Assembly: GCA_002722155.1 (NCBI GenBank)
Contig: PBKS01000009.1
Location: 2,748-66,747 of the forward strand
Length of the DNA: 64,000 nt
From: Chloroflexota bacterium
GTDB taxonomy: Bacteria; Chloroflexota; Dehalococcoidia; Lucifugimonadales; UBA826
Direction: 5' to 3'
In this document: positions 28,006 to 37,823 of the stretch, piece by piece
Position numbering within the stretch: the stretch's first letter is position 1
How the letters are laid out: each line of letters opens with the position of its first letter
Translations under genes and position numbers: made by a program
Notes under the pieces: generated by a model
What the model was told of the DNA's origin: nothing
The model's database searches: none
The model's input: only the letters and a program-made list of their open reading frames with translations

Positions 28006-28601
28006 TTATCCTCCTGTTTTCTTAAATCATCTTCTTGACTTTCTTTTTCAATAAATTTTGAAACAGTTACCCTAGCAGGACGTATGATTCTTTCATTTAA
28101 TCGGTACCCCTGCTGTATAACACTGACTATTTGTCCGTCTTCAATTTCAGTATTTTCTTCATACAAAAGTGCTTCATGTTCTTTCGGGTCAAAGGGCTTT
28201 CCCAAAGATTCGATTTGAACTACCCCTTCTAACTCCAATATTTTTTCTAAATTCCGTAAAACTAGTGCGATCCCTTCTGACCATTCATTTTGAGATTCCT
28301 CAGGAAGGTTTTCCATAGCTCTTTCCAAGTCATCCACTACTGAAATAAATCTTGATAGTAGACCAAATTGCACAGTCCTTTTTGATTCTTCAAGCTCTTG
28401 TATGGCTCTATTTCTATAGTTGACCAAATCAGCCTGTGCCCGTTGCGCTATAGATTTGTAGTGATCTATTTCTTGAGACAGATCAACTGTGTCCTCTATT
28501 GATTCGTCTTTATCAACACCGTCATTCGAATCCTGCCCGTCTGCTCCCACAGCCGTATCTTCAGGGGTTTCTTTTTTTTTCAAAGTTGGTCTCCGTTCCA
28601 T
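28002..28601 (-). CDS. grpE: Nucleotide exchange factor GrpE
   Basis: [12 protein letters not shown] ... [12 protein letters not shown] ... [14 protein letters not shown]. 4-nt overlap with dnaK. Confidence 0.9.
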   Translation of the reverse strand: MERRPTLKKKETPEDTAVGADGQDSNDGVDKDESIEDTVDLSQEIDHYKSIAQRAQADLVNYRNRAIQELEESKRTVQFGLLSRFISVVDDLERAMENLPEESQNEWSEGIALVLRNLEKILELEGVVQIESLGKPFDPKEHEALLYEENTEIEDGQIVSVIQQGYRLNERIIRPARVTVSKFIEKESQEDDLRKQEDK

Positions 28602-28613
28602 TACTTCAAGATT

Positions 28614-29093
28614 TCAAGAGGGTCTCGTTTTCAATATCTTAAACATCTCATTCAAACAATTTTCAAGATACTTCTTTAAATCACCATTTTCAGCCTGATC
28701 TAACCCTGACTTCATTTTCAACATTTGATTAAACATTCCCAGCGATAGTTCCACTCCCGCCAAATTTAAACCTAAATCACCGACCAAATGCTTAATGAGC
28801 CTCAACCTAACAATATCTTCTTCCGAATATAATCTGAGCATACCTACTGTCCGAGAAGGTCTAACTAATCCAGACCTCTCGTATTTACGTAATGTCTGTG
28901 GATGCATCTCTAAAAGCCGGGCCGCTACACTAATTACATAGAGTCCGTCTGGCGAAGAATAGGCCCTTGCACCGTCTCTAGTTTGTGGCCTACCCCTATT
29001 TGCTCTCGATTGACTTTGATTAACAGAAACACCTAAACGGATAACTCTCTGACCCGAAGATGCTCTTTGCTCTTGACGATCTTCAAATGGCAT
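28614..29093 (-). CDS. hspR: MerR-family heat-shock regulator, HspR-like
   Basis: YVISVAARLLEMHPQTLRKYERSGLVRPSRT ... RLYSEEDIVRLRLIKHL MerR HTH, located upstream of grpE-dnaK. Internal ATG 29093 is preferred over the 29180 ORF start. Confidence 0.7.
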   Translation of the reverse strand: MPFEDRQEQRASSGQRVIRLGVSVNQSQSRANRGRPQTRDGARAYSSPDGLYVISVAARLLEMHPQTLRKYERSGLVRPSRTVGMLRLYSEEDIVRLRLIKHLVGDLGLNLAGVELSLGMFNQMLKMKSGLDQAENGDLKKYLENCLNEMFKILKTRPS

Positions 29094-29152
29094 AAAATGC
29101 TTACCGAATCCCTTTAGATGTATACTTAGAAACGTATTGGTACAAAGATAAA

Positions 29153-29183
29153 TGTTATAAGTTGATGCGTGCCGTGTCAACTT
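29153..29183 (-). promoter_or_regulatory. Candidate sigma70-like promoter overlapped by an inverted repeat (candidate HspR operator)
   Basis: Minus strand reads TTGACA (29174..29179), 15 nt, TATAAC (29153..29158). Inverted repeat TAAGTTGA-N11-TCAACTTA spans 29157..29183. Confidence 0.4.
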
Positions 29184-29252
29184 ACATTACACTATTTATT
29201 AATATAGTCGAAATTTAGTAACACATAGCAAAAACAATAATGAAAAATAGCC

Positions 29253-29894
29253 ATGACACCTGATTTAGTTATCTTTGACTGTGACGGGGTGTTGGTTGAT
29301 AGCGAAATAATTTCGAATACTGTCTTATCGGAAGTTCTAAAATCCATCGGTCTCTACATAAAACCGAGCGATTGTATTGATTTATTTTTGGGGAAATCCT
29401 GGGACTACTGTATTGATATCGTAGAAAAGAGGCTTGAGAAACCAGCCCCCAATAACTTGTACGAAACATATATGCTAAAAATGTTCACCAAATTCGAGGA
29501 AGAATTAAAACCAATTGAATCAATTGAATATGCCTTAGACAATCTTCCGTACCCAAAATGTGTCGCCTCGAGCGGTCCACACATAAAGATAAACAAAACC
29601 TTATCAATAACAGGTTTACTAAATAGGTTTGGGGAAAATGTATACAGTGCCAATGACGTGAAACAGGGCAAGCCAGCCCCTGACCTCTTCCTTCATGCAG
29701 CTATTAAGATGGGTGCTGACCCTATAAATACCATTGTTATTGAAGATTCCATTGCTGGGATCCAAGCCGCACTTGAAGCGAAAATGACACCGTTGGCATT
29801 TTGTCCTATCGAACCAAATTCAGCAATCACAAAAACTAAAAGTATTGTGTTTAATAACATGACAGACTTGCCAGATTTGATACGCAAATTATAG
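29253..29894 (+). CDS. HAD-superfamily hydrolase (beta-phosphoglucomutase-like subfamily IA)
   Basis: FDCDGVLVDSE motif I, SSG motif II, KPAPD ... VIEDSIAGIQAA motif III/IV. Confidence 0.8.
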   Translation: MTPDLVIFDCDGVLVDSEIISNTVLSEVLKSIGLYIKPSDCIDLFLGKSWDYCIDIVEKRLEKPAPNNLYETYMLKMFTKFEEELKPIESIEYALDNLPYPKCVASSGPHIKINKTLSITGLLNRFGENVYSANDVKQGKPAPDLFLHAAIKMGADPINTIVIEDSIAGIQAALEAKMTPLAFCPIEPNSAITKTKSIVFNNMTDLPDLIRKL

Positions 29895-29899
29895 CGTTA

Positions 29900-30733
29900 A
29901 TGGAGATAAGCATGAACAATGAAATAGAATCTCTACTGAGGGGATCCATAGACCTTCATGTCCATTCAGGTCCTGACACCAATAAGATGCGCTTGAATGC
30001 CATGGAGACCGCCAGATATGCCTATGAAGCAGGAATGGCTGGTTTCGCACTAAAATCAAATGAATACTTAACTACGCCACTAACATACACTCTTTCTCAA
30101 ATCTATCCTGGTTTATCTATGTATGGATCAATTTCATTAAATTCGTCAGCGGGAGGCATAAATCCCGCAGCAGTCTCGAAAGCAGCCGAACTCGGAACAA
30201 CTTTTGTTTGGATGCCTACGGTCTCAGCCAATTTCCAGATCTCTGAAACACAACCAAACGAAGGAATAAAAATTTTAAACTCCAATGGCAAGCTTACTGA
30301 TAGCACTATTGAGATAATAGACATAGTTCTATCAAACAACATGACCTTAATGTCGGGAGGCCTATCGCCTGTTGAAGCAATTGAATTATTCAAGTTCGCC
30401 AAAGCACGTGGGTTAGAAAAAATAGTTGCCAACCACCCAGAAAATTTTTCAGACAAGCAATTAGAAAACCTGCTTAATCTTGGGGTCTATTTGGAATTTA
30501 GTTTCCTATCCTGTATGCCATTCATATCAAAAATAAGCCCTCAGGAATTAGTAAAAAAACTATACCGCGCTGGACCACAAAGATGCATATTAACTACAGC
30601 TTTTGGGCAGTATTTAAATCCACCACCTTCCGAAGGCATGAGGATGGCTATAGCTACCCTGATGGAAGCAGGGATGCCTGCAGAAAATATTTCAACTCTT
30701 ATAAAAGATAACCCTATTAGGTTAGCGAACTAA
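29900..30733 (+). CDS. Metal-dependent hydrolase-fold (TIM barrel) protein, DUF6282-like
   Basis: N-terminal IDLHVHSGPD metal-binding-like motif, 277 aa. Family assignment is from memory only. Confidence 0.45.
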   Translation: MEISMNNEIESLLRGSIDLHVHSGPDTNKMRLNAMETARYAYEAGMAGFALKSNEYLTTPLTYTLSQIYPGLSMYGSISLNSSAGGINPAAVSKAAELGTTFVWMPTVSANFQISETQPNEGIKILNSNGKLTDSTIEIIDIVLSNNMTLMSGGLSPVEAIELFKFAKARGLEKIVANHPENFSDKQLENLLNLGVYLEFSFLSCMPFISKISPQELVKKLYRAGPQRCILTTAFGQYLNPPPSEGMRMAIATLMEAGMPAENISTLIKDNPIRLAN

Positions 30734-30780
30734 CAAAACTTTTTCTCAACAACAAGTCTCCTTACTATCATATTGAGAAA

Positions 30781-31188
30781 TCATTCTGCACCACTTCCAC
30801 GGCCTTGATCTATAAAAGCAGAAAGTCCCACAGTCAACCAACCAACCATTAAAAAAACAGCTCCCACTGGTGCTATAGCCCCAAACCATTTCAAAGAAGT
30901 TAAACTGATGATGTACAAACTGCCACAGAATATGATCGTGCCTATCAAAATCAAAATAGGGGAATAATAAAAAAACCTACTTGGGGCTGATTTTAAATTT
31001 AAGATCAGTGCGATGATGATCAAACTAAGTGAGTGAAACATTTGGAACCTAAGGGCTGTTTCATATGTGTTCTTCGAATCCACATCTTCAAGAGCTTCTA
31101 GCCAATGAGCTCCGGCTGCGCCAGCCAAAACAGATAGAAATGCCAGCATCGCTCCTGCAGATATCCAATAACTAGTAATTCCTCTCAA
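30781..31188 (-). CDS. DUF423 (YgdD/TMEM256) membrane protein
   Basis: Four TM helices, GAAGAHWLE motif, about 135 aa. Confidence 0.7.
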   Translation of the reverse strand: MRGITSYWISAGAMLAFLSVLAGAAGAHWLEALEDVDSKNTYETALRFQMFHSLSLIIIALILNLKSAPSRFFYYSPILILIGTIIFCGSLYIISLTSLKWFGAIAPVGAVFLMVGWLTVGLSAFIDQGRGSGAE

Positions 31189-31297
31189 ATCTTTCCTCTA
31201 TATGGAAGGGAGTCCAAATAAATTGGTTTTGTATTATGAGGATACACGAGAGTACAATTCCGCACATCTAGGAAACAAATATAACACGGGGTGATGA

Positions 31298-32278
31298 ATG
31301 AACGAGATGCCCGCTGCATTATCAACTGGTTTGGGAGAATGGAGATGCGACACTATAGATATACCACAAATGGAACCAGGAAAGGTTTTAATAAAAACAA
31401 ATCTTGCTTCGATCTGCGGTAGTGATCTACATATAACCTATATGGGGTGGAACGTACACGAATTTCCTCTTCCCCATGGTTACCCTGGCCACGAAGGTAT
31501 CGGACAAGTGATAGATCCAGGTGAGACAAGTTTTAAAGAGGGAGAATTAGTGCTCACTGTGCCAAACATATGGCAATCAAAATGCTTTGCTGGTTACCAA
31601 TTAATTGATCCCAGTTTCTTATTACGGGTCCCACAAGGAGTTCCAGAATCTCATCTTTTGATGGCACAGCAACTGGGCACAGTTGTATTTGGCACAAGAA
31701 AGTTGCCAACATTAGTTGGTAAAACCGTAGCAGTTTTGGGCCAAGGTTCTGTAGGTTTGTTTCATGATTTTATGTTGAGAAAACTCGGCGCCCATAAAAT
31801 TATAGGCATTGAACCAGTGAGAGAGCGACTACAGGCTGGACGCAATATGGGTATCGACGAAGCAATTGACGTAACCGGGGACAAGGCTACTGAGGCAGTT
31901 ATGGATCTAACATCAGGAGAAGGGGCTGACCTAGTAATAGAAGCTGTTGGCAGTGTAGATACTTTAAATCAATCATTAAAACTCGTTAAACCATTCGGGA
32001 AATTAGCAGTGTTTGGCCTGCCACCCACAATGGAAAAGATTCCTTTCGATTGGGATACTTTTTTTCGAAAATGCATCGACATGCATTCAGTGTTTGGAGC
32101 CCAAGATGAGCCAGGTTTACCTGCATTTCAATTAGCTGTGGACTATATAGAGGGCAATGAAATAGATATGACCCCCTTCGTCACTCACCAATTCCCCATA
32201 TCTGAAGTTCAAAGCGCTTTTGATTTAGCTGACTCTCGGGAAGATGGAGCCCTAAAAGTATCTCTAACTTTCGAATAA
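31298..32278 (+). CDS. Zn-dependent alcohol dehydrogenase, MDR family
   Basis: CGSDLH, GHEGIGQV, GQGSVGL Rossmann motif. Confidence 0.8.
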   Translation: MNEMPAALSTGLGEWRCDTIDIPQMEPGKVLIKTNLASICGSDLHITYMGWNVHEFPLPHGYPGHEGIGQVIDPGETSFKEGELVLTVPNIWQSKCFAGYQLIDPSFLLRVPQGVPESHLLMAQQLGTVVFGTRKLPTLVGKTVAVLGQGSVGLFHDFMLRKLGAHKIIGIEPVRERLQAGRNMGIDEAIDVTGDKATEAVMDLTSGEGADLVIEAVGSVDTLNQSLKLVKPFGKLAVFGLPPTMEKIPFDWDTFFRKCIDMHSVFGAQDEPGLPAFQLAVDYIEGNEIDMTPFVTHQFPISEVQSAFDLADSREDGALKVSLTFE

Positions 32279-32303
32279 AAAACAGGACTGAAAAAGATTT
32301 GTT

Positions 32304-33641
32304 ATGGAAAAACCACTGGAATACTCTACGATTGAGGAATTATCAGGATTATTAAGTTCTTCCAAACTTTCACCAAAGGAATTGGTCCTTCATTTACTAG
32401 AAAGATCTGAACGGCTTGATTCTCTGTTGAATGTTTGGGTAACTATCAATCCAGATTTGGAAAGTACGAACTCAATTCACGATAATACAAGTTTGCTAGA
32501 TGGTATACCCATGGGAATTAAGGACATTTATTGCACCAAGGACATGAAGACCACGTGTTGTTCCCCCATATACAAAACTTATAACCCCGGCTACGATGCT
32601 CAAACTGTAAAACTTCTCAGGGAAGCTAATACTGTAATTATGGGAAAAACCGTAACGACGCAATTTGCCTGCGGAGATCCTCCTCCTACCAAAAATCCAT
32701 GGAATTTCTCCAGAACGCCGGGTGGGTCCAGCAGTGGTTCAGCAGTTGGAGTGGCCTCAGGGATATTTCCAGCCGCGTTAGGTTCTCAAACTGCTGGTTC
32801 AGTCCTAAGACCGGCTTCTTACAATGGAATTGTAGGATTTAAACCAACTTATGGACTTGTTAGTAGACAAGGAGTTTTCCCGGTAGCATTGTCCCTAGAC
32901 ACAATGGGGTGGTTCACTCGTTCAGTAAGGGATGCAACTATTTTATTGAGGTATTTAGCAGGTTATGATCCCGCGGACAAAGATTCCAAAAATATCGACC
33001 TAGATTTCACAAACACAGTACCGACAATACTACCAACGCCACCTTCCATCGGGATAGTAGAGAATTTTTATTATGAAAATTCTGATCACAGTACCATCGA
33101 CAATTTCAAAATTTTACTAGAAACCCTTTCTGAAGCAGGCGCTATGATAGAAGTTACTGGACAAAAATTTAACTTTGATCAAATTATAAAATCACACAAA
33201 ACCATCATGAATTGTGAAGCATCACATACTCACAAAAATAATCATGACTTAAGACCTGATGATTTTGCGCCGAAGGTGAGAGAAATAATAGAAGATGGTT
33301 TGAGAACCCCAACATACGAATATATCGAAGCAAAGCGATTTCAACAGGAATACACCTGCCAAGTATCTGAGCAGTTAGAAAAATACGATGTTTTGATAAT
33401 GCCTACAGCTATGTCTGGAGCACCAACCGCTGAAACTACTGGCCAACCTGTTTTTCAGGCACCTTGGACGATGGCCGGAGTTCCTGCAATTTCATTGCCA
33501 TATGAACTGGATGATGATGGAATGCCTCTTGGAGTGCAAATAATATCCAACCATTTCACCGATTTGAAATTACTCTCGGATGCAATGTGGATTGAAGAAG
33601 TGGTGAATTTCACTCACAAACCGTCCATACCAGATGACTAG
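32304..33641 (+). CDS. Amidase (amidase-signature family, GatA-like)
   Basis: GIKDIY ... GGSSSGSAVGVASG ... GSQTAGSVLRPASYNG AS signature. Confidence 0.85.
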   Translation: MEKPLEYSTIEELSGLLSSSKLSPKELVLHLLERSERLDSLLNVWVTINPDLESTNSIHDNTSLLDGIPMGIKDIYCTKDMKTTCCSPIYKTYNPGYDAQTVKLLREANTVIMGKTVTTQFACGDPPPTKNPWNFSRTPGGSSSGSAVGVASGIFPAALGSQTAGSVLRPASYNGIVGFKPTYGLVSRQGVFPVALSLDTMGWFTRSVRDATILLRYLAGYDPADKDSKNIDLDFTNTVPTILPTPPSIGIVENFYYENSDHSTIDNFKILLETLSEAGAMIEVTGQKFNFDQIIKSHKTIMNCEASHTHKNNHDLRPDDFAPKVREIIEDGLRTPTYEYIEAKRFQQEYTCQVSEQLEKYDVLIMPTAMSGAPTAETTGQPVFQAPWTMAGVPAISLPYELDDDGMPLGVQIISNHFTDLKLLSDAMWIEEVVNFTHKPSIPDD

Positions 33642-33676
33642 GGTTTTCGGTATAGACTTGAGGTTTCTCTAATAAA

Positions 33677-34981
33677 ATGTACAGGGTTGACACATGGTTG
33701 GAGAAACTGGGTAACCGCTGGTTCTTTTACGGATGGTTAATAGTATTCTCATCATTCACCTCAAGTATGATCAATGCAGGAACAGGTAGCTATGCCCTAG
33801 GATTTTTCATTATCCCAATGGGGGAGGATATAGGAATAACCAGAACCCAATTTTCAGTCATTCCTTTATTCAAGTTAGCCACCATACCAATACTCCCATT
33901 ATTAGGTCTCCTTGTAGACAGAAGACATGGTGGCAGGATTATAGTTTCTATTGGCAGCCTAATTGGGGGAGCTGCTCTCGCATTAACGTCCCAAGTAGAT
34001 AAAGTATGGCACTTTTATATGCTATACGGAGTTATATACGGCTTTGGAACTGCAGCTATGGGTAGCCAACTAGTCGGCCCTTCATTAATGGCTAAATGGT
34101 TTGTAAAAATGCGAGGCCGAGCCATGGCTATCGGAACAATGGGAATATCAGCGGGGGGCGTTATTGTGGCTCCAGTTGCGGGTTTGACAATTTCAACCCT
34201 CGGCTGGAGATCCTCATGGATAGCCCTTGGTATGATGGCAATAATTGCGATTGTTCCAATATCATCGCTATTTCTTAGAAGAAGGCCAGAAGATATAGGA
34301 CTTCTCCCCGACGGAGATACAGCTAAATCAGATGTAAACAGCACCAATGAAAATGAAGTTAAATCATGGACCCTTAAACAGGCCATAGTGAATTCTCAAT
34401 TTTGGATACTTTTGTTAATTCAATGTCTAGGCCTATCTGGATTGGTAGTTGTCTTATTTCACGAGGTTGCCTATATTCAGGACAAAGGTCTAAATATAGA
34501 GTCAGCCACGCTCATAGCAACATCTCTGGCTACCTCCGCGATGATTAGTAAGATCCCTTTCGGTTACCTAGCGGAGAAAATGGATATACGACGAATTCTA
34601 GGTATATGCCTGATACCTGCTGGATTATCAACATACATGATTATTCCAATTGATTCTGTCTGGATTTTAGTAATTTGGGGAGTCATACATGGATTCTTTA
34701 TGGGAGGATTTCCTACGCTGACCAATGTTGCGTTGCCTGAATATTTCGGGCGCCAATATTTGGGGAGCATTCGTGGAGTTATTGCACCAATCACAATGGT
34801 GGTTTCAGCATTGAGTCCATTAATTGCAGGTATTCTATGGGAAGAAAGTTACAGCTATTCAGTTGCTTTCTTCTTATTCGGTTCCGCTTGGATAACTGGT
34901 GGTTTGCTAACGTTCATCCTTAGAAAACCCAAAGATCCCCCAGTTCTGGAAAATAACTTGGAACATAAAGGGCAAAATTAA
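33677..34981 (+). CDS. MFS transporter (12 TM)
   Basis: Hydrophobic 12-helix profile, LLVDRRHGGR loop 2-3 motif, central hydrophilic loop. Confidence 0.8.
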   Translation: MYRVDTWLEKLGNRWFFYGWLIVFSSFTSSMINAGTGSYALGFFIIPMGEDIGITRTQFSVIPLFKLATIPILPLLGLLVDRRHGGRIIVSIGSLIGGAALALTSQVDKVWHFYMLYGVIYGFGTAAMGSQLVGPSLMAKWFVKMRGRAMAIGTMGISAGGVIVAPVAGLTISTLGWRSSWIALGMMAIIAIVPISSLFLRRRPEDIGLLPDGDTAKSDVNSTNENEVKSWTLKQAIVNSQFWILLLIQCLGLSGLVVVLFHEVAYIQDKGLNIESATLIATSLATSAMISKIPFGYLAEKMDIRRILGICLIPAGLSTYMIIPIDSVWILVIWGVIHGFFMGGFPTLTNVALPEYFGRQYLGSIRGVIAPITMVVSALSPLIAGILWEESYSYSVAFFLFGSAWITGGLLTFILRKPKDPPVLENNLEHKGQN

Positions 34982-35036
34982 CGTGTAATTTAACCCACCG
35001 GTGATAACATTACATCTATTGTTATGGAGGATAAAA

Positions 35037-37052
35037 ATGGCCCCGCCTAGTGAATTTCTTGGTTTAATACCATCCTGGATATTAGTGTATGTTGCAACTT
35101 TTGGGTGCTTCGGAGCGGCAGCTTCCTTTTTGTACATCCGAATGTTCAAACCAATACTTCAAGGGAAGCCTTCACAAAGGACAGACCAACTCGCAAAAAG
35201 AATCACAGGAGCGATTCCATATATCTTGGGGCAGAAAAAAGTTCTTCAAAGCACAGATATAGCTAGGGACAGAGCCGGCATGGCCCATGCAGTCATATTC
35301 TGGGGGTTTTTATCATTTTCAATAAGTTACCTGATATTTATATATGGAGATTCAATTAACCCCAATTTTTCAAAAACATTGCTTACTGAAACTGGTTTGA
35401 AAATTTTTGGGACATATCTGGATATTTTGGCGATAGCACTGCTATCAGTAATATTTTTAGCTGTATTAAGAAGATGGGTATTTACTGCAAACCGTTTGAG
35501 GTTCGACCTGACTCAAAAAAGGGAAGCAGCGATAATCCTTGCCTTGATAGCACTGCTCATGATCAGCACAATAGTCGGAGAAGCTTTCTACGTCGCTTCC
35601 AAAAATGTCCACTCACATTCACCAATAGGCAATTTTCTCGGAGATGCTCTGAGCGAGGGAGGTTTCAATCAAAACGTCTCATCATTCATTTATCAAACGA
35701 GTTGGTGGGTACACCTAGCTATAATTTTGGGTTTTTCAGTATACATCCCAATATCTAAGCATGTACATCTGGTTGGAGCTCCAATTGGTTTTGTGACCCG
35801 ACAGTTAGGAGCAAAGGGAACTTTAACAACCATAACGGATTTTGAAACTGCTGAGTCTTTCGGCGCATCAAAAATGAAAGACTTTAACCAGAAACAGCTA
35901 TTAGATGCTTTCGCTTGCGCAGTTTGTGGAAGGTGTACGGACGTATGCCCTGCAAACCTCACCGGAAAAATATTATCCCCTATGCATGTTGTACAAGGAC
36001 TTCGATACCACATTGCAGATGCTACGTCTGTTGAAAAGGAAGAAGATATCCCAAATATCATTGGGTCTCGTATTGAAAAACAAGCAGTATGGGATTGTTT
36101 AACATGTGGTGCATGTACCGAAGTATGCCCAGTAGGTAACGAACCGTTCCATCCTCTCGTAGATATTCGAAGATACATGGTAATGGAGGAGCCTGATATA
36201 CCAGAAGGTGCAGAAGGAGCTCTAAGAAATTTGGAACAGAGAGGTCACCCATGGAGTGGGACAACATTTACAAGAGAAAGTTGGTATGAAGGACTTGAAG
36301 TAAAAACATTCATCGAAAACCCTGAAGCAGAATATCTTTTGTGGGTTGGCTGTACTAGTGCATTGGAACAAAGGAGTCAGAGTATTCCGAGAGCTATGGT
36401 TTCCATTCTAAATCGTGCAGAGGTAAATTTTGCGATTCTGGGTCCTGAAGAAACCTGTACTGGTGACCCTGCCAGAAGAATGGGTAACGAATACTTGTAC
36501 CAAATGCTGGCCATGCAAAATATTGAAACTTTCAACCGCTACAGCATAAAGAAAATACTAACAAGTTGCCCCCACTGTTTTAACAATATCAAAAATGAAT
36601 ATCCTCACCTTGGGGGCAACTACGAAGTCATTCATTACAGTGAATTAATCTCCGATCTTATTGAGAAAGAGAAAATAAAACCTGTTGTGCCTATAGAAAC
36701 AACTTTGGCCTACCATGACTCCTGTTATCTAGGCAGGCACAATGGTATTTACGAAGCACCCAGACAGGTGGCTAGGTCAATACCAGGACTAGAATTGGTG
36801 GAAATGAAGAAATGCCGAGGAAATGGTTTTTGCTGTGGAGCTGGCGGTGGTCATATGTGGTACGAAGAAGAGGGGAACCAGAGAGTAAATCATTCTCGGA
36901 CAGATCAATTTTTGGAAACTGGAGCAGACACGGTTGGAGTATCATGCCCATTTTGCATGCAGATGATGGAAGAGGGTGTTCAATCAAAAGGTGAAAATGA
37001 ATCCAAAAATGTAAGGGACTTAGTCGAATTAGTAGAAGAAAGCCTAGGCTAA
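35037..37052 (+). CDS. Membrane-anchored (Fe-S)-binding oxidoreductase with CCG domains (HdrD/DsrK/GlpC-like)
   Basis: N-terminal multi-TM domain, CAVCGRCTDVCP and CLTCGACTEVCP 4Fe-4S motifs, two CCG-type Cys-rich domains (CPHCF ..., CCGAGGG). ATG 35037 follows GGAGG. Confidence 0.75.
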   Translation: MAPPSEFLGLIPSWILVYVATFGCFGAAASFLYIRMFKPILQGKPSQRTDQLAKRITGAIPYILGQKKVLQSTDIARDRAGMAHAVIFWGFLSFSISYLIFIYGDSINPNFSKTLLTETGLKIFGTYLDILAIALLSVIFLAVLRRWVFTANRLRFDLTQKREAAIILALIALLMISTIVGEAFYVASKNVHSHSPIGNFLGDALSEGGFNQNVSSFIYQTSWWVHLAIILGFSVYIPISKHVHLVGAPIGFVTRQLGAKGTLTTITDFETAESFGASKMKDFNQKQLLDAFACAVCGRCTDVCPANLTGKILSPMHVVQGLRYHIADATSVEKEEDIPNIIGSRIEKQAVWDCLTCGACTEVCPVGNEPFHPLVDIRRYMVMEEPDIPEGAEGALRNLEQRGHPWSGTTFTRESWYEGLEVKTFIENPEAEYLLWVGCTSALEQRSQSIPRAMVSILNRAEVNFAILGPEETCTGDPARRMGNEYLYQMLAMQNIETFNRYSIKKILTSCPHCFNNIKNEYPHLGGNYEVIHYSELISDLIEKEKIKPVVPIETTLAYHDSCYLGRHNGIYEAPRQVARSIPGLELVEMKKCRGNGFCCGAGGGHMWYEEEGNQRVNHSRTDQFLETGADTVGVSCPFCMQMMEEGVQSKGENESKNVRDLVELVEESLG

Positions 37053-37507
37053 CCTCCTTCTTTACCAGAATCCTCCACTGCAACATATTTTGACGGGCAT
37101 TTGACTATTACATTTTGGCTATCAAATTCTTTACCGGGACTGTGGGTGCCTTCAAGAATGATTTCTGAATGCTCGTTAAAAAAAAGATCAGGTAAAACCC
37201 CGTCGTGGACTGCCTCCATTTCAGTTATATCATCCGTCAATGAAAAGTGAGCCAAGGTTGAACCTTCTACCCTATAAAAAGATCCAGGTTTTAATTTTCC
37301 ACTAACCCTAACCATTCTACCTTCAATAGTGGCCGGTTGGACTGATATTTCAGTCACAGTGTAATAATAAACAGTAGCGCCTTGGAAAGCCATGTATGCA
37401 AAATATCCAAGGGCTGCAAATAGGATTGTGGCCGCGAAAAGGAATTTCCCTCTATTAGCAATAATTTTTGACTCGGAATTGTAGGGATACTTTCCTTCAT
37501 CATTCAT
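37049..37507 (-). CDS. ccmE: Cytochrome c maturation heme chaperone CcmE, CxxxY variant
   Basis: TM anchor plus OB fold (VRVSGKLKPGS ... FSLTD ... GVLPDLFNEHSEIILEG). CPSKY (37085..37099) aligns with the canonical HDENY. Confidence 0.8.
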   Translation of the reverse strand: MNDEGKYPYNSESKIIANRGKFLFAATILFAALGYFAYMAFQGATVYYYTVTEISVQPATIEGRMVRVSGKLKPGSFYRVEGSTLAHFSLTDDITEMEAVHDGVLPDLFFNEHSEIILEGTHSPGKEFDSQNVIVKCPSKYVAVEDSGKEGG

Positions 37508-37514
37508 AAAAATA

Positions 37515-37823
37515 TTATTCCTTTTCAGAAATTATCTTTTTCAATATCGCGACTTCATTTTTCATTTCTTTTAATCTTCGAGAAAGAAAAAAAATGTACC
37601 CGAAGAAAAAAGCCCACACTAAGATAAAAACCGCAAATAAGTATTTTAAATTCGCTTCAGGTCCATTTTGCTGGGTTTCAGGCACAGTACCGGATTCCGC
37701 ATAAACACCAACACTGTTAAAAGCCGCAGTAACCACAACTACGCCGACCAGCAAAATAAATAATCTGAAAGTCCTATTAAGTGAGCGAAACATATTGATG
37801 AACCTCATCCAAATCATCTTCAA
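37515..37823 (-). CDS. Small membrane protein, CcmD-like C-terminal half
   Basis: Lies between ccmC and ccmE. C-terminal TM plus basic stretch (LFAVFILVWAFFFGYIFFLSRRLKEM). Start is uncertain and the ORF overlaps the ccmC 3' end. Confidence 0.4.
   Translation of the reverse strand: MKMIWMRFINMFRSLNRTFRLFILLVGVVVVTAAFNSVGVYAESGTVPETQQNGPEANLKYLFAVFILVWAFFFGYIFFLSRRLKEMKNEVAILKKIISEKE

Noticed and set aside
35001-35036. N-terminal extension of the Fe-S/CCG oxidoreductase ORF (MITLHLLLWRIK)
   Set aside because: GGAGG lies just upstream of ATG 35037. The extension would overlap the region immediately after the MFS stop codon and adds no recognisable sequence.
35500-35508. tRNA T-arm-like GGTTCGACC (similar hits near 15068 and 22426)
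   Set aside because: All are inside well-supported CDSs and have no flanking acceptor or anticodon arm complementarity. I found no credible tRNA in any intergenic region.
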